From NCBI GenBank assembly GCA_965113315.1, contig OZ220363.1: DNA of 64,000 nucleotides. One strand, 5' to 3'. Under the pieces are notes generated by a model that saw nothing but the letters and a program-made list of their open reading frames with translations, was not told the DNA's origin and did not search any database. A program made the position numbers and the translations under genes. The stretch comes from Podarcis vaucheri (lineage: Eukaryota). Shown here one piece after another: positions 11,601 through 22,450 of the stretch; position 1 is the first letter of the stretch; every line of letters starts with the position of its first letter.

Positions 11601-14600
11601 ATTTATGCTTTCCCCAGACTTTAAAGAACCATTAGCATCAATGGTAGCTTTCTTTTTTGTAAACTTAAAATAGTTTCCATTTTTACTAGCTATCTGAATG
11701 AACTGTTCCCATTTTAGTTCATTGAGTTAGTTTTTATACTTTCTTTTATGAGTTTCATTTTTTAAAAAACGACAACACTTTTAAGCATGTGTACAAATGC
11801 ATGCACATGGACCTTAAAGGTAAAGGTAAAGGTACCCCTGCCCGTACGGGCCAGTCTTGCCAGACTCTAGGGTTGTGCGCCCATCTCACTCAAGAGGCCG
11901 TGGGCCAGCGCTGTCCGAAGACACTTCCGGGTCACGTGGCCAGCGTGACATCGCTGCTCTGGCGAACCAGAGCCGCACACGGAAACGCCATTTACCTTCC
12001 CGCTGGTAAGCGGTCCCTATTTATCTACTTGCACCCGGAGGTGCTTTCGAACTGCTAGGTTGGCAGGCGCTGGGACCGAACGACGGGAGCGCACCCCGCC
12101 GCAGGGATTCGAACCGCCGACCTTTCGATCGGCAAGCCCTAGGCGCTGAGGCTTTTACCCACAGCGCCACCTGCGTCCCACATGGACCTTACTTACGGTT
12201 TATTCAAGGATGCAGTCAGTGAGTATCCCTTAGGTGGATCTCAACATGCAGAAACGTTGCAATGTAAACTCAGCAGTAAAGCTTGTTTCATTGCAAATAC
12301 TCCCAGCTAATGGGGCAGCAGCAGGTTCACATTACAACCAGCAGGTGGCAGCAAAGAGGCTGCAGCATCTGCGAATCAGAGGCGCAAGTACTGTAAGGCG
12401 CTATAGTTGCAAGTGCGGTTTACAAACACCCCCATCCTAGTAGTGATTTCAGCCACTAGGAACTGCAGAACAGGATCTTTCCCACAAAGATTAGCCAGCC
12501 TGTTCTTCAAGCGTTCGGCATGGTTATAATCCAGCTCTTACAGACCTGGCCTAATAGCAATCAATCTGCTCCGTAATCTTCACTTCACAAGGAAAGATAG
12601 TGGTGCCCAGGCTTGGTCTCTTTCCTGACCAGAGCTGCAATTCCAGGACCACTTGGGTGCAGTGTGAAACAGGTTCTTACTTACTGAGTGTGGCTGGGGA
12701 GGAGAGTGAGCATCTATGGCAGCTCCTTTCACAGTGATGCATTTTGTGCTTCTTATGAGTGCATTAACAGTACCCACCACTGGGTGCTTTCTGTTTTCCC
12801 ACCTACAGAGATTTACCTGTTTAGGTGCCTCTGGGAAATTAAGAGGTCTCAGCAGCACTGCACCTAGCTACCCCATGATAAAATTAAAAAATCTGTGAGT
12901 TAAAAGGGTGGGGGGAGGGAAGGGTGGGGGGTGGAAGGAGTCTTGGGAGTCAGACCCTCTGGACCACGCTCCCACACTGCCGCTGGATGGACTGCTTTTA
13001 CTTAGCATTCCTTCCTTAGATTAATCTGATCATTGATAGCAGGGCCATTTATATTTTCAAAAGACCTGGAGCAAAGGAGTTACCAGCATTTTCCACCCTT
13101 GGTCTCTTGGGTTTATGATCTAAGAGCTGAGTTTTTGTAAAGACTGCTCATTTTAGTCGGCAAGATTTGGCTCTGTCATCTTGAGTGCACATGAAGCTGC
13201 TTATACCGTCGTCAGATCTACAGTACATATATACTAATTAACAGCACATCTCAAAAGTCTCTGGCATGTGCTTTACCCAATGAGTTGGGGCTCCTTCCCA
13301 GATCAGATCTCCTGACTATGTCTGAGAACAAAACAACTAACTTACCAAATTGTAAAATGTGGGGGAAATTTGCCCGTTTCCTAAATGCATGGTATAGTGC
13401 TGCAATACAGACGACTGCGGCTGACTTGGTTGTAATCTTTGAGTGGCTGCTGCTCTGCCGACAGTTGCTGAGAATAAAACAAAAAGCAGAGGGGGACCTG
13501 ATACACCACCTTGAGCTCCTAGGAGGAAAGGTGGGATATACATGTAATAATAAACAAATAATAAATTAACATTAGCCACGTGTTAGACTGCATGGCTATT
13601 TTTTCCAAAATCGCACTACAGTGGTACCTGAGGTTAAGTACTTAATTCGTTCTGGAGGTCCGTTCTTAACCTGAAACTGTTCTTAACCTGAAGCACCACT
13701 TTAGCTAATGGGGCCCCCTGCTGCTGCCGCGCCACCGGAGCACGATTTCTGTTCTCATCCTGAAGCAAAGTTCTTAACCCGAGGTAACATTTCTGGGTTA
13801 GCGGAGTCTGTAACCTGAAGCATATGTAACCTGAAGCATATGTAACCCGAGGTACCACTGTATATATTAAAGAAAACAGACAACCAAGAAAACCCATGGT
13901 AGAAAATGTTGGCACTTGAAATGTTGAGCCCTAGGATACAGGAGAAGGTATAGAGGAAGCTGCCTTATTCTGAGTCAGACCACTGGTCCATCTTACCTGA
14001 GTATTGTCTGCACTGAGTGGCAGCAGCTCTCCAGGGTTTTTAGACAGGGAATATTTCCAACTCTACTTGGAGTAGTTGGGGGTTGCGCTGTGATTCTTCC
14101 CCACAAGTTCATTCTTCACTAAGAAAAGCTGTTCATGTTGACTAACTGGCCTATACGGAGATGTTCTTGCTGTATATTATTTTTCGCTTTCCTTTCGCCA
14201 TAGGATACTCCATGCTACAAAGCAAAGAAATAATTCCCGTGGCAGCCATCAGCCTGCTGCCCCCACTGCTGGTTGCCATCATGATAACGGTGACGTTCTA
14301 TCTCTGCCGAACCCACAGGCAGAGGAGGAGAGCCAAGGAGTGGCCCCAGAAACAAGTCCAGCACCGCCCACTGCCTGAACCCAGCAGAGCCACCAGCTAC
14401 GATGAGATACTATCTGTCAAGATCGACCACCGCGTCACCTTGAGCACAGCCTGTGCCAACAACATCAACCACAACACCGAACTGTTGCCTATCGAGCTAG
14501 ATGAGCGAGTCGGGAAAGGGCAGTTTGCAGAAGTCTGGAGAGCAAAGTTGAAGCATGCCTCTTCGGAGCAGTACGAAACAGTGGCAGTGAAGATTTTCCC

Positions 14601-17600
14601 CTGTGAGGACTATGCTTCCTGGAAAAACGAAAGTCAGATCTTCAGCGATGCCAATCTCAAGCATGACAGCATCCTTCAGTTCCTCACAGCGGAAGAGAGG
14701 CACTCTGGACTCCAGAAAGAATACTGGCTCATCACGGCCTACCACAGCCAGGGAAACCTCAAGGATTACTTGTCCAGGAATGTTCTGAGCTGGAGGGACT
14801 TGCAGAAGATGGCTGGCTCCCTAGTGAGTGGTGTGGCTCACTTGCACAGTGACTACACTGCCTGTGGCAGTCCAAAGATCCCCATCGCCCACCGGGACAT
14901 CAAAAGCACCAACATCCTCATTAAGAACGAACAGGAATGTGTGCTCTGTGATTTTGGGATTGCTCTGAGGCTGGATCCAGCCTTAAGTGTGGAAGATTTT
15001 GCAAACAGCGGACAGGTGAGTGCTGTAGAATGAAACCAGCAGAGCAATCCATTCTGCTTGATGGAAAGTAGAAAGATTTTAGCCTCCTTCATGTGCTAGC
15101 CATGCAGAGTTCTGCACACTGTGGGGGCTGTGCCACTGGCCCCACCCCAAAACATCATTTGATTTACCAATCCCAGCTTCCATGTGTTGAGCATGGACAT
15201 TTGCATAGCGGAAGCCTGCCTTATATAGGTTTTCCATGTGATCTAGAACCCTGTGTGAATGGGGATCCAGGTCACATGAAAGCCTGCTGCATCTGTAGAG
15301 CATGACACTCATAAGCTTCCCCTGGACAGCCAGCTCAGCATGTAAATCTTGGGGGTGGGGCAAGAAGTGCTGCCTGCTGCCCTTTCCATGGATGGGGGGC
15401 CCTTCTACGTGTGAAGGGGGTCCTTCAGAATGGCAAATATAACCCACAATAGCGGACAGCAGGCAGTATGAAAAAGCTCTGAAAAGGCAACGCTGCTATG
15501 GAATTTGCTGCAGGCATTCGGCATCTTCCATATACAAACATGCAACCCTGCTTGTTGGTACACAATTGGCTTGGAATCACCTTTGATGCTGAATGACAAA
15601 TAGCTACTGTGTTCTGGGTTCTGGAGGGTATCTTGTTTTTGGCAGCTAGTTTGTAATCAAAGTCCGGGGCGACTAGATCTTCCCAAGCTCTTTTTGCATT
15701 CAAAATCTAACACCACTGAAATACTCAATGTCTTTCCCCTCATGGTGAAGCGGCAGGGAGAGGAGTGATTTGAGCAGAAAGCTGCCCACTGGACAGTAGA
15801 GTGGTACTTTCCTCCATTCAAACTCACAGCTGCCCACAGCACCTTTTGGTTTGAATGAGACAAACAGAAAACCCAGGAAAGAAGCTCTCAATTATTGCCA
15901 CATCTAATTTGGGCCTTGGTTCCCATCCCAGTAAGGGCTGGTAAGTTTAGAGAAGATTTTACGGTCACTTTCCTGGCTACCCTATCCTTGGACAAAAACC
16001 TAGAGATAAAGGGGTGGAGCAACTCTGAAGCACAAAAGGTCCAGTCTGTATTGCAGATCTTCTAATGTATTGCAGCCTCCTTTTAACTTGGAATCACCAC
16101 GGCTTCTCTCCTCCACCCCTTCTAACATCTACTCAATTTATGGTCAGGTGGGCACTGCCAGATATATGGCTCCTGAAGTTTTGGAATCTCGAGTGAATCT
16201 CGAAGATCTGGAGTCCTTCAAACAAATGGATGTTTATTCCATGGCTCTGGTTTTATGGGAGATTGCCTCCAGGTGTGATGCCATAGGAGGTAAGTCTATA
16301 CCAGCAGAGCCCCACTTTACAGGTCTACTGGGCAAAACAAATATGGCTGTTCCAACAAGAAGTTGCCAGAGGGAGGTGGGAGCAAACCTTAGTGCAGAGA
16401 AGCTAACCTATGGCTACCCCACCCTAGATGTTGATGAACTAAAACTCCCAATATTTCTATGACTGCCAGTCATGTAGGCAGAGGCTGATGAAAGCTGTAG
16501 TTCAGCAAACATCTGGAGGGCCACAGGTTAGCCATTCCTGCCTTAGCAGAAGGACGCATTTCTCAGATAGAAGGAGGGCATCTCTTGCAAAAATGGGTCT
16601 CAGTTAGCAAGGCCAGGAAAGGCTCCTGGCCTCAGGACTCAAAAAGCCGCACTGCCCATAGCCAAGGCAAATAATCCTAGGATAGATGGGCAAATGACCT
16701 ATCTGAATAGCATGGAGATTTATGTGGCTCCAGTGGAGATTGTATTGCCTCTCCACTAGGAAATGATTGTACCATTTTATTATGTTAAAAGAGGCGTCAC
16801 TAAGAGCCTGCTAAAATGAAAGAAAATACCAAGAAGATTGAAGGAAGCATTTGGAGTGCGAATGGCCACTAAAGGAACCCACGTTTCATCAGCAGTAAAA
16901 AAAAACACATTAACGGGGATTAATTTATCGCTTTAGCATTTCCCGCTACACAATCAGGCTTTGAAGTGGTAGAAGCAATGCTAACCTTTCCTGCTAATTC
17001 AAAGTGATTTGGGCTTGTGCTGATTCTAATTCTCATGAGATGCAAGTCCAGACACTAACATGTGGAACAGTCTACAAGGGCAGTGTATGTGAAATCTATG
17101 GGCAAATGTGTTAGCAGGATGGTGGGGATGGGGAGCTATACAGCACTGGTGCAATATGGATTCTGGTTCATTTATCTGTCATTACATTTATATCCCACCT
17201 TTTCTCCAAGGAACTCAAGGTGGCATGCAAAGTTTCCCCCCTTTCCACTTTTATCCTCAAAACAAACCTCAGGTTAGGCTGAGAGGCAGTGAGTGGCCCA
17301 AGGTCACCCTGTGAGCTTCATGCCTGAGTGGGGATTGGACTCCTGGTCTCCCAGGTCCACCACCCTAACCACTACAACAAGCAACAACTACTTAGCGGCC
17401 TCTGCTGTGTCCTACAATGTGGTCCATTAAGGAAGTACCTGCTGTACATCCACCCCCACCCTGCAACTCCACATCTCAAACACAACCCAGTTGGGCTGTA
17501 GGTGCTACTACTTTCAACAGTTCACAGGTTTTAAAACAAACTGTGGGCATCAACCAGCCAATACCGTGCTGCCAATACGAAATGAAGCAAGCTTCTTTTC

Positions 17601-19703
17601 TGAAACATACAGTGGCATTTCGACAAATCTTTCAATGTGCTGCCTGAATTTAAAAGTGTCCCCTGTTCACAACCTGGTTGCCAAGCTTTGTTATCAATGA
17701 ACAGTTCTTCACCAGGTACAGCTGCAAGCCGCCACTAGAGGTAGTTTTATTATCCATTTCCTGGTGAATGTTCTCGGTGGCACCACAGCACTGCCCCGAC
17801 AAGTACATAGTCAAGGTGTATCTAAATTGCACGCACATCTAGCTAACATCAACGCTGCTTCCTCGCAGAGGTGAAGAACTATGAGCTACCATTTGGATCC
17901 AAGGTCCGGGAGCAACCCTGCATGGAGGTTATGAGAGATGTTGTACTGCATGGTCGAGGGCGTCCAGAGATACCTGGCAATTGGCTGGTGCATCAGGCAA
18001 GTACAAAAAAAGGAAGGTAAAATTTATGGCTTTGCCACGAGACCACCTTCTTTTGCCTACTCCTCCTCTTGAACTGTTTCCATTCAAGCTTATAACTGAG
18101 AACTGGTGCCCGAGTTTGTTTTCTTCTTCCCTCCTCATCCGTTTTGGCTTCTTTTCTTTTTAGATCGTAAGCCTGAGGGCAGGGGCAGTCTTATTTGTTA
18201 TTGATCTCATGTTATTGATCTCTGGAAGCCTTTTCCTCTGAAGAGCAGTGCAAAAATGCTTTAAATAAATATTTCTGAGCAGCAGACCTAGAGGTGTGTG
18301 TCTACACAAACAACATTTGCAGAAATCTTGAAGCCCCCCCCCCAAAAAAACACTGTCCCCCTCCCCAGGTTTCTGAGGCAAAATGGAGACTTTGGGGGAA
18401 ATTGAAATTAACATACTTACTTATCAAACCTAATACATTTTAACATAAAATGCATCCTAACTTGGCATAGTACAATTTTATATTTGGCATAATGCAGAGA
18501 GTTGGCCTCTGTATGTTTACTCATAACTAATACTGATTCTGTTTGGTGGGACTCTCAAAGTACCTATGATTACAGTCTCAGAAGAATAAATGCTTTACGT
18601 TTTGTACAAGCACTTTTGCAAATGCACCCAGTATCAAAGAGCACAAGCTGTCAACTGCTACTGTATGCTGCCTTGTACATTTTCTCATCTTAGTTTTTTT
18701 TGCAATTTGAAGAGGAAAAAATAAAAGCTAAAAGAAGAAATCAATAACTTTGTATTAAACAAAGTGAAGTGTGCTCGGTGGACAAAAATGGCCTCATATA
18801 GTCACAGTCCTCTCATGAACAGTCCTCTTCTCCTCTTAAGGCGTTGTCCTGAGAGATGGGTCCCCCCCACTTTCCATTATAATACTGCCCAAGACCCTTC
18901 CAGTCAATTTTTAGTTGCCCCAGCAAAGATGGCGCTGGCTCTGGCAGGACTTGCACATAAGCTACCTGGACAAATGAGGCAGGACAGAACCTTCTGTTTC
19001 CCCTGCCTGGTCAGCTCTGTTGGGCTAGTAAAGCAGATCATCTGCTTCATCTGTTTGACTGGCTTCCCATACTGGCTGCGGAGGAAGTGTCTTCACTAAT
19101 CACCAATACGTGCCTGAAAGAAATCAAGATTTATTGCAGCTTTCCCAGTAAATCATCAAAAATATTTATGTGGGTGATAGCATCAAGCAGAGTTTATTTT
19201 TTGGGAGGTGAATAGAATACGGTGTCCCTCAATAGGGAAAAGGAAATCACGCACAAGGTCAAAAATCATGTTCCTGAGCCAGTAACGCACACTGATTGCT
19301 CTTCTTTTCACTTCAAAAGTGGGCAATAATTGTAGTGAAGCAGAAGGAAGAGCACGGAGGAAAGTATCAAAAATACAACGCATGTCCTTATTTTGATGCC
19401 CTGTTCGTTTCGTTCCCCCTAGATTTGAGATTGCTAACTTCCCAGCTTCCTTCTTAATTTCAGGGAATGCATTTCCTGTGTGACACCATCACAGAATGCT
19501 GGGACCATGATCCTGAAGCCAGACTCACGGCTCACTGCGTGGCAGAGCGGTTCAACCTGATGGTGCAGACGGATTGCGATGACATCCTCAACAACAACAA
19601 CAGCAGCAGCAGCAGCAACCACGGCAGCAGCCTTGGTGATGAGGCAAGCAAAATGGGTTGCCCAATAGATGAGAATCAAGGGAGTGACAGGAATAGCCAA
19701 TGA
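5490..19703 (+). CDS. TGFBR2L: TGF-beta receptor type-2-like gene (TGFBR2 paralogue); spliced CDS join(5490-5640,7206-7408,14204-15015,16148-16289,17869-17996,19464-19703), ~558 codons; signal-peptide exon 1 not located
   Basis: Six exons join in frame (phases 1/2/1/0/1/0). They encode a 12-Cys TGFBR2-type ectodomain, a TM helix ([26 protein letters not shown]), [16 protein letters not shown] and a Ser/Thr kinase ([47 protein letters not shown]). Divergence from canonical TGFBR2 and adjacency to OSBPL11 point to the paralogue; the symbol is assigned from recall. Confidence 0.9.
6484..7098 (-). mobile_element. CR1 LINE 3' fragment (6484-6666 and 7050-7098), split by a Sauria SINE
   Basis: Begins with the reverse complement of the CR1 tail (ATAGAATCATAGAGTTGGAAGGG...TCTAGTCCAACCCC); CR1-like sequence resumes after the SINE. 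Confidence 0.7.
6667..7037 (+). mobile_element. Sauria SINE (Squam1-type)
   Basis: tRNA-like head GGGATGCGGGTGGCGCTGTGG, core GTGCAAGTAGATAAATAGGTACC, (ACCTTT)n tail; 12-bp TSD CTTACTGTCAGA (6655-6666 and 7038-7049). Confidence 0.88.
7206..7408 (+). CDS. TGFBR2L: TGFBR2-like exon 3 (ectodomain C-half: [16 protein letters not shown]...[20 protein letters not shown])
   Basis: TTTCAG acceptor; G|GTGAGT donor at 7409. Homologous to TGFBR2 RKNDENITLETVCHDP...CSCSSDECNDNIIF. Confidence 0.9.
7825..8068. mobile_element. Tigger/pogo-like MITE
   Basis: TIRs CAGTGGTACCTTGGT / ACCAAGGTACCGCTG with TA on both flanks. Confidence 0.8.
9250..9580. mobile_element. Old MITE-like element with degenerate ~40-bp terminal inverted repeats
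   Basis: Left ...ACTAAGCCAGACCATGGCTAAG versus right CTTAGCCATGGTTTGGGCTTAAC...; family not identified. Confidence 0.4.
9830..10050. mobile_element. hAT MITE (younger insertion)
   Basis: Termini CAGGGGTAGGCAACCT / AAGTTTGCTGACCCCTG; perfect 8-bp TSD TTATAGAC (9822-9829 and 10051-10058). Confidence 0.85.
10058..10233. mobile_element. hAT MITE (older insertion)
   Basis: TIRs CAGTGCATTTT / AAAAGCACTG; 8-bp TSD ATTATAGA (9821-9828 and 10234-10241) once the inner MITE is removed. Confidence 0.75.
11817..12179 (-). mobile_element. Sauria SINE, young CpG-rich copy
   Basis: (AAAGGT)n reverse tail, TATTTATCTACTTGCAC core, reverse tRNA head with GGATTCGAACC; perfect 12-bp TSD ACATGGACCTTA (11805-11816 and 12180-12191). 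Confidence 0.92.
13619..13860. mobile_element. Tigger/pogo-like MITE
   Basis: TIRs CAGTGGTACCTGAGGTTA / TAACCCGAGGTACCACTG, TA flanks, internal TTCTTAACCTGAA repeats; same family as 32760-32969 in the opposite orientation. Confidence 0.85.
13955..14085 (-). mobile_element. Squamate tRNA-derived SINE 3' part (Squam2/Anolis SINE2-like)
   Basis: GGAAGCTGCCTTATTCTGAGTCAGACCACTGGTCCATC motif shared with 23248-23424, 13194-13260 and 63301-63350. Confidence 0.55.
14204..15015 (+). CDS. TGFBR2L: TGFBR2-like exon 4 (TM helix, juxtamembrane region, kinase N-lobe to the DFG/activation segment)
   Basis: CATAG acceptor at 14203; CAG|GTGAGT donor; lies inside ORF 14161-15033; kinase motifs intact. Confidence 0.95.
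16148..16289 (+). CDS. TGFBR2L: TGFBR2-like exon 5 ([47 protein letters not shown])
   Basis: GTCAG acceptor; G|GTAAGT donor; 142 bp; kinase subdomains VIII-IX. Confidence 0.95.
17169..17376 (-). mobile_element. MIR/Ther1-derived SINE (Squam3-like), degenerate
   Basis: Reverse of the core (GTGAGTGGCCCAAGGTCACCC) with L2-type tail TTTATATCCCACCTTT. Confidence 0.6.
17869..17996 (+). CDS. TGFBR2L: TGFBR2-like exon 6 ([43 protein letters not shown]), GC donor
   Basis: Not in the ORF track; read manually. CGCAG acceptor at 17868; 128 bp; homologous to TGFBR2 [17 protein letters not shown]...RGRPEIPSFWLNHQ; donor CAG|GCAAGT. Confidence 0.9.
19464..19703 (+). CDS. TGFBR2L: TGFBR2-like exon 7, terminal coding exon ([30 protein letters not shown]...SDRNSQ*)
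   Basis: TTTCAG acceptor at 19463; kinase subdomain XI; TGA at 19701-19703. Confidence 0.93.
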   Translation, partial: GMHFLCDTITECWDHDPEARLTAHCVAERFNLMVQTDCDDILNNNNSSSSSNHGSSLGDEASKMGCPIDENQGSDRNSQ

Positions 19704-19714
19704 CTGGAGAAAGA

Positions 19715-19806
19715 AATAAAAGCTGGACAAAAGCACCAATGGGCATGCCACTCAGAAAAAAATATATACCTCCCCCAAACCCCATTTAGTTCTCTGAATG
19801 AATAAA
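19715..19806 (+). terminator. Candidate polyadenylation signals of TGFBR2-like (AATAAA at 19715-19720 and 19801-19806)
   Basis: Canonical hexamers 12 and ~100 nt after the stop codon; which one is used is unknown. Confidence 0.45.
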
Positions 19807-19899
19807 ACGTATTTATAAGCCCTTTTAATTTACTAGGCAAAAAGGCAGAGTCACTGTATTATGTTCAGCACGCAATATAAATCATTTTATACTTATTTT

Positions 19900-22400
19900 A
19901 AATGTATAACACAAAAAAATCTTTATTTTTAAAAAGATTCACAATTAATAGGCATTTTTTTAAAAAAAACCATCCAATGTTCATTCTTTACGAGGGGGTA
20001 AGGCAGAGTCTTGACCCTAGCCTGTTACTAGATCACACAAGAAATTGCTGGAACCATTAGGTGTTAATCAGAGAAGAACTCCATTCGCTTGCTTTTAAAA
20101 ATAAATAATTTTTTCTATTCACACAGGCTTCCAAAGTTTTGAAAAATTTGTTACATCTCTCAGACTTTGAAGAAACCCAATATTGATACCATGTTTATTC
20201 CTAAAGTTAAGGTTTGACACCTAAATCTTTCTGCAAACTTTCCTTCCTAATTTCCACTACTGTCATCTCAGCCAAAACCCACATTTTGTCTAACCAGCTT
20301 ATTTGTTCTTTAAGCTGTTCTTTCACTTCAATAGAACATCTATTAAATTAGAACTCCAAAGGAACGCAATGTGGGCTTCCGAGTAAGAGCCAGGGCTTTT
20401 CAGCATCCCACCCTTTCCACAGGAGTACCATATGCCACCTGAAAAGCCACTTGTGAAAGTCACTGCTCTCTTTGGACAAGACAAGGCATTGGCTACTGGA
20501 TGAGGAAGATCTCTGCACAGGCACGGGGCTCTCTGGATTCTGGACTAAGATTGCAACTGTAAGCATCCTGGGGAACTTAAGTTCCATTGAAACCAACAGG
20601 AGATACTTGAACTATATATATTTATGTTTCACAGTGACAGACACTGGCTTGTGCAGAAACCTGGCATTCTGTAGCAACTACTGGCAGATTTCTATTTCTT
20701 TTGTTATTTTGAATGGGCTTCTTTACACGAAAACTATACAACAAGTTAATGGAAGCATATAGCTTGCCTACAAAGCACCATCTCATCTTAACTCGCAAAA
20801 GCTGTGCAAGCTCTCTATGAAGAGAAATCTGGATGCTTCAGAAGTGGCATTTGTGTCATCTGCGTGTTTGAATAGACCAGAGCAGTGTGGGACAGGAGAG
20901 AGAGAGAAAGCACAGAGATATTCTTAAAAGCTCACAAATTCTGAACTGGAAAATCCTATTCCACAATTTGAAGCTGAATATGCTGTCAGCATTGAGCACC
21001 ACATTGCTATGAACACAGACAAAAAACAAACAAACAGTTCTGTTTGGTAGCTTTATTTCCTTCCCTCTCCATTTTCTCACACATGGAATTGTACACTAGT
21101 CGCATTAAGATTTCAGTGCATTTCACAGCAAAAAAAAAAAAAAAAAAGGTACAAGGGAATCTTAAAACATGTGCATAACCCTCCCCCCCAAACACTTTTC
21201 AGACTTTGTGGAAAATGAGGGCGGTTACTTAACCGCTCTCGGGTGCATTCGGATAACCTTTTCCCTTAATATGGAAGAAAAAACTAAACACACTTGACCA
21301 GCACACACAGAGTTTGAAGGTTTCCATGATGGCAGGGAGAGGCCCCACTGTTGACACAAACCAGAAGATGACCGATAATGGTATATACACTGATTGGAAG
21401 ACTACATCAGAAGAAACAGAGTAAGGCACCACTCTTAGAAAAATTAAGGTAGCTTGTAGTAACAAGAATGAAAGCCATAAATCAGTACTATTCTTAATTG
21501 CCAGCAATTCTTAGACTTCAATAAAATATCGGTATCATAAAAAACAATGGACGTTTTTACCTGAACATGGTTTTCCGGTATCAGATTGCAACTGGTTTTT
21601 GTATGCAGTCCCATAGCAAAAAAACAAGCCTTCTCAGGTGTTGTAGAAAAACCAAAGTGACGGTCTTTGTACTCAGCGGGCACAGAAAGATGTCTGACTC
21701 GGAACTTACACAGAAGACAAATGAAATCACTTGCCTGGGCAACCTGTAACACTGACTCTGTCTCAGAGATGATCCATGGAGAACAGTGAGTGGGGGCAAT
21801 GAGCTAAAGTATATATAGAGATATTTAAAAAAGGACACATCAGTCAGGTCTGAGCTCCAGTCTCTTCAAAGAGACAGAACATCTTCAGGGTATTTACAGC
21901 AGTTTGCTAAGGAAATGAAGCTGGCGGGAGGTTAAGGGAAATTCTAGAGCTAAAAAATTGTTCTGAATTTTACTGCTCCCACCTTTCTCTCCACAACTCT
22001 TTCACATATAGGAAACACCCCATAGTTACAATTCTAATCTACTTTAGAATGTTGTGGGGGGTGTTTTTAAAAAAGGTGTGGTTTACGTGACTCCCTCATT
22101 CTTCCACAGCCATGCACACATTGCCTCCGAAGAATAATTACAAAAAGAAGTGTCAAGTCCTGATCCAGACAGTTCAATAACACTGATTCCAAGGTCAACT
22201 TATGAAGAGCTTCCTCTTCAAGGTTTTCAGCAAGAATAATAATTCAGAGCAGCAAAAGGTGTTTCTCTATACGGGCACTGAGTAGTTCAGAAACAAGTGG
22301 GAAATGGAGCACAGATTGGGAAGAACTGTTCAGCTATTACTCCAGAAGCAAGTCCACTTGGGCAGAACAGCATAGCAGCTCTGAATGCTACTGTTTCTAG

Positions 22401-22450
<50 letters not shown>

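Noticed and set aside
13619-13860. Short internal direct repeats suggesting a CRISPR-like array
   Set aside because: Subterminal repeats of a MITE bounded by TIRs and TA; eukaryotic context with no spacers or cas genes.
18001-18006. GT donor for TGFBR2L exon 6
   Set aside because: Adds 4 nt and frameshifts the last kinase exon; the GC donor at 17997 fits homology.
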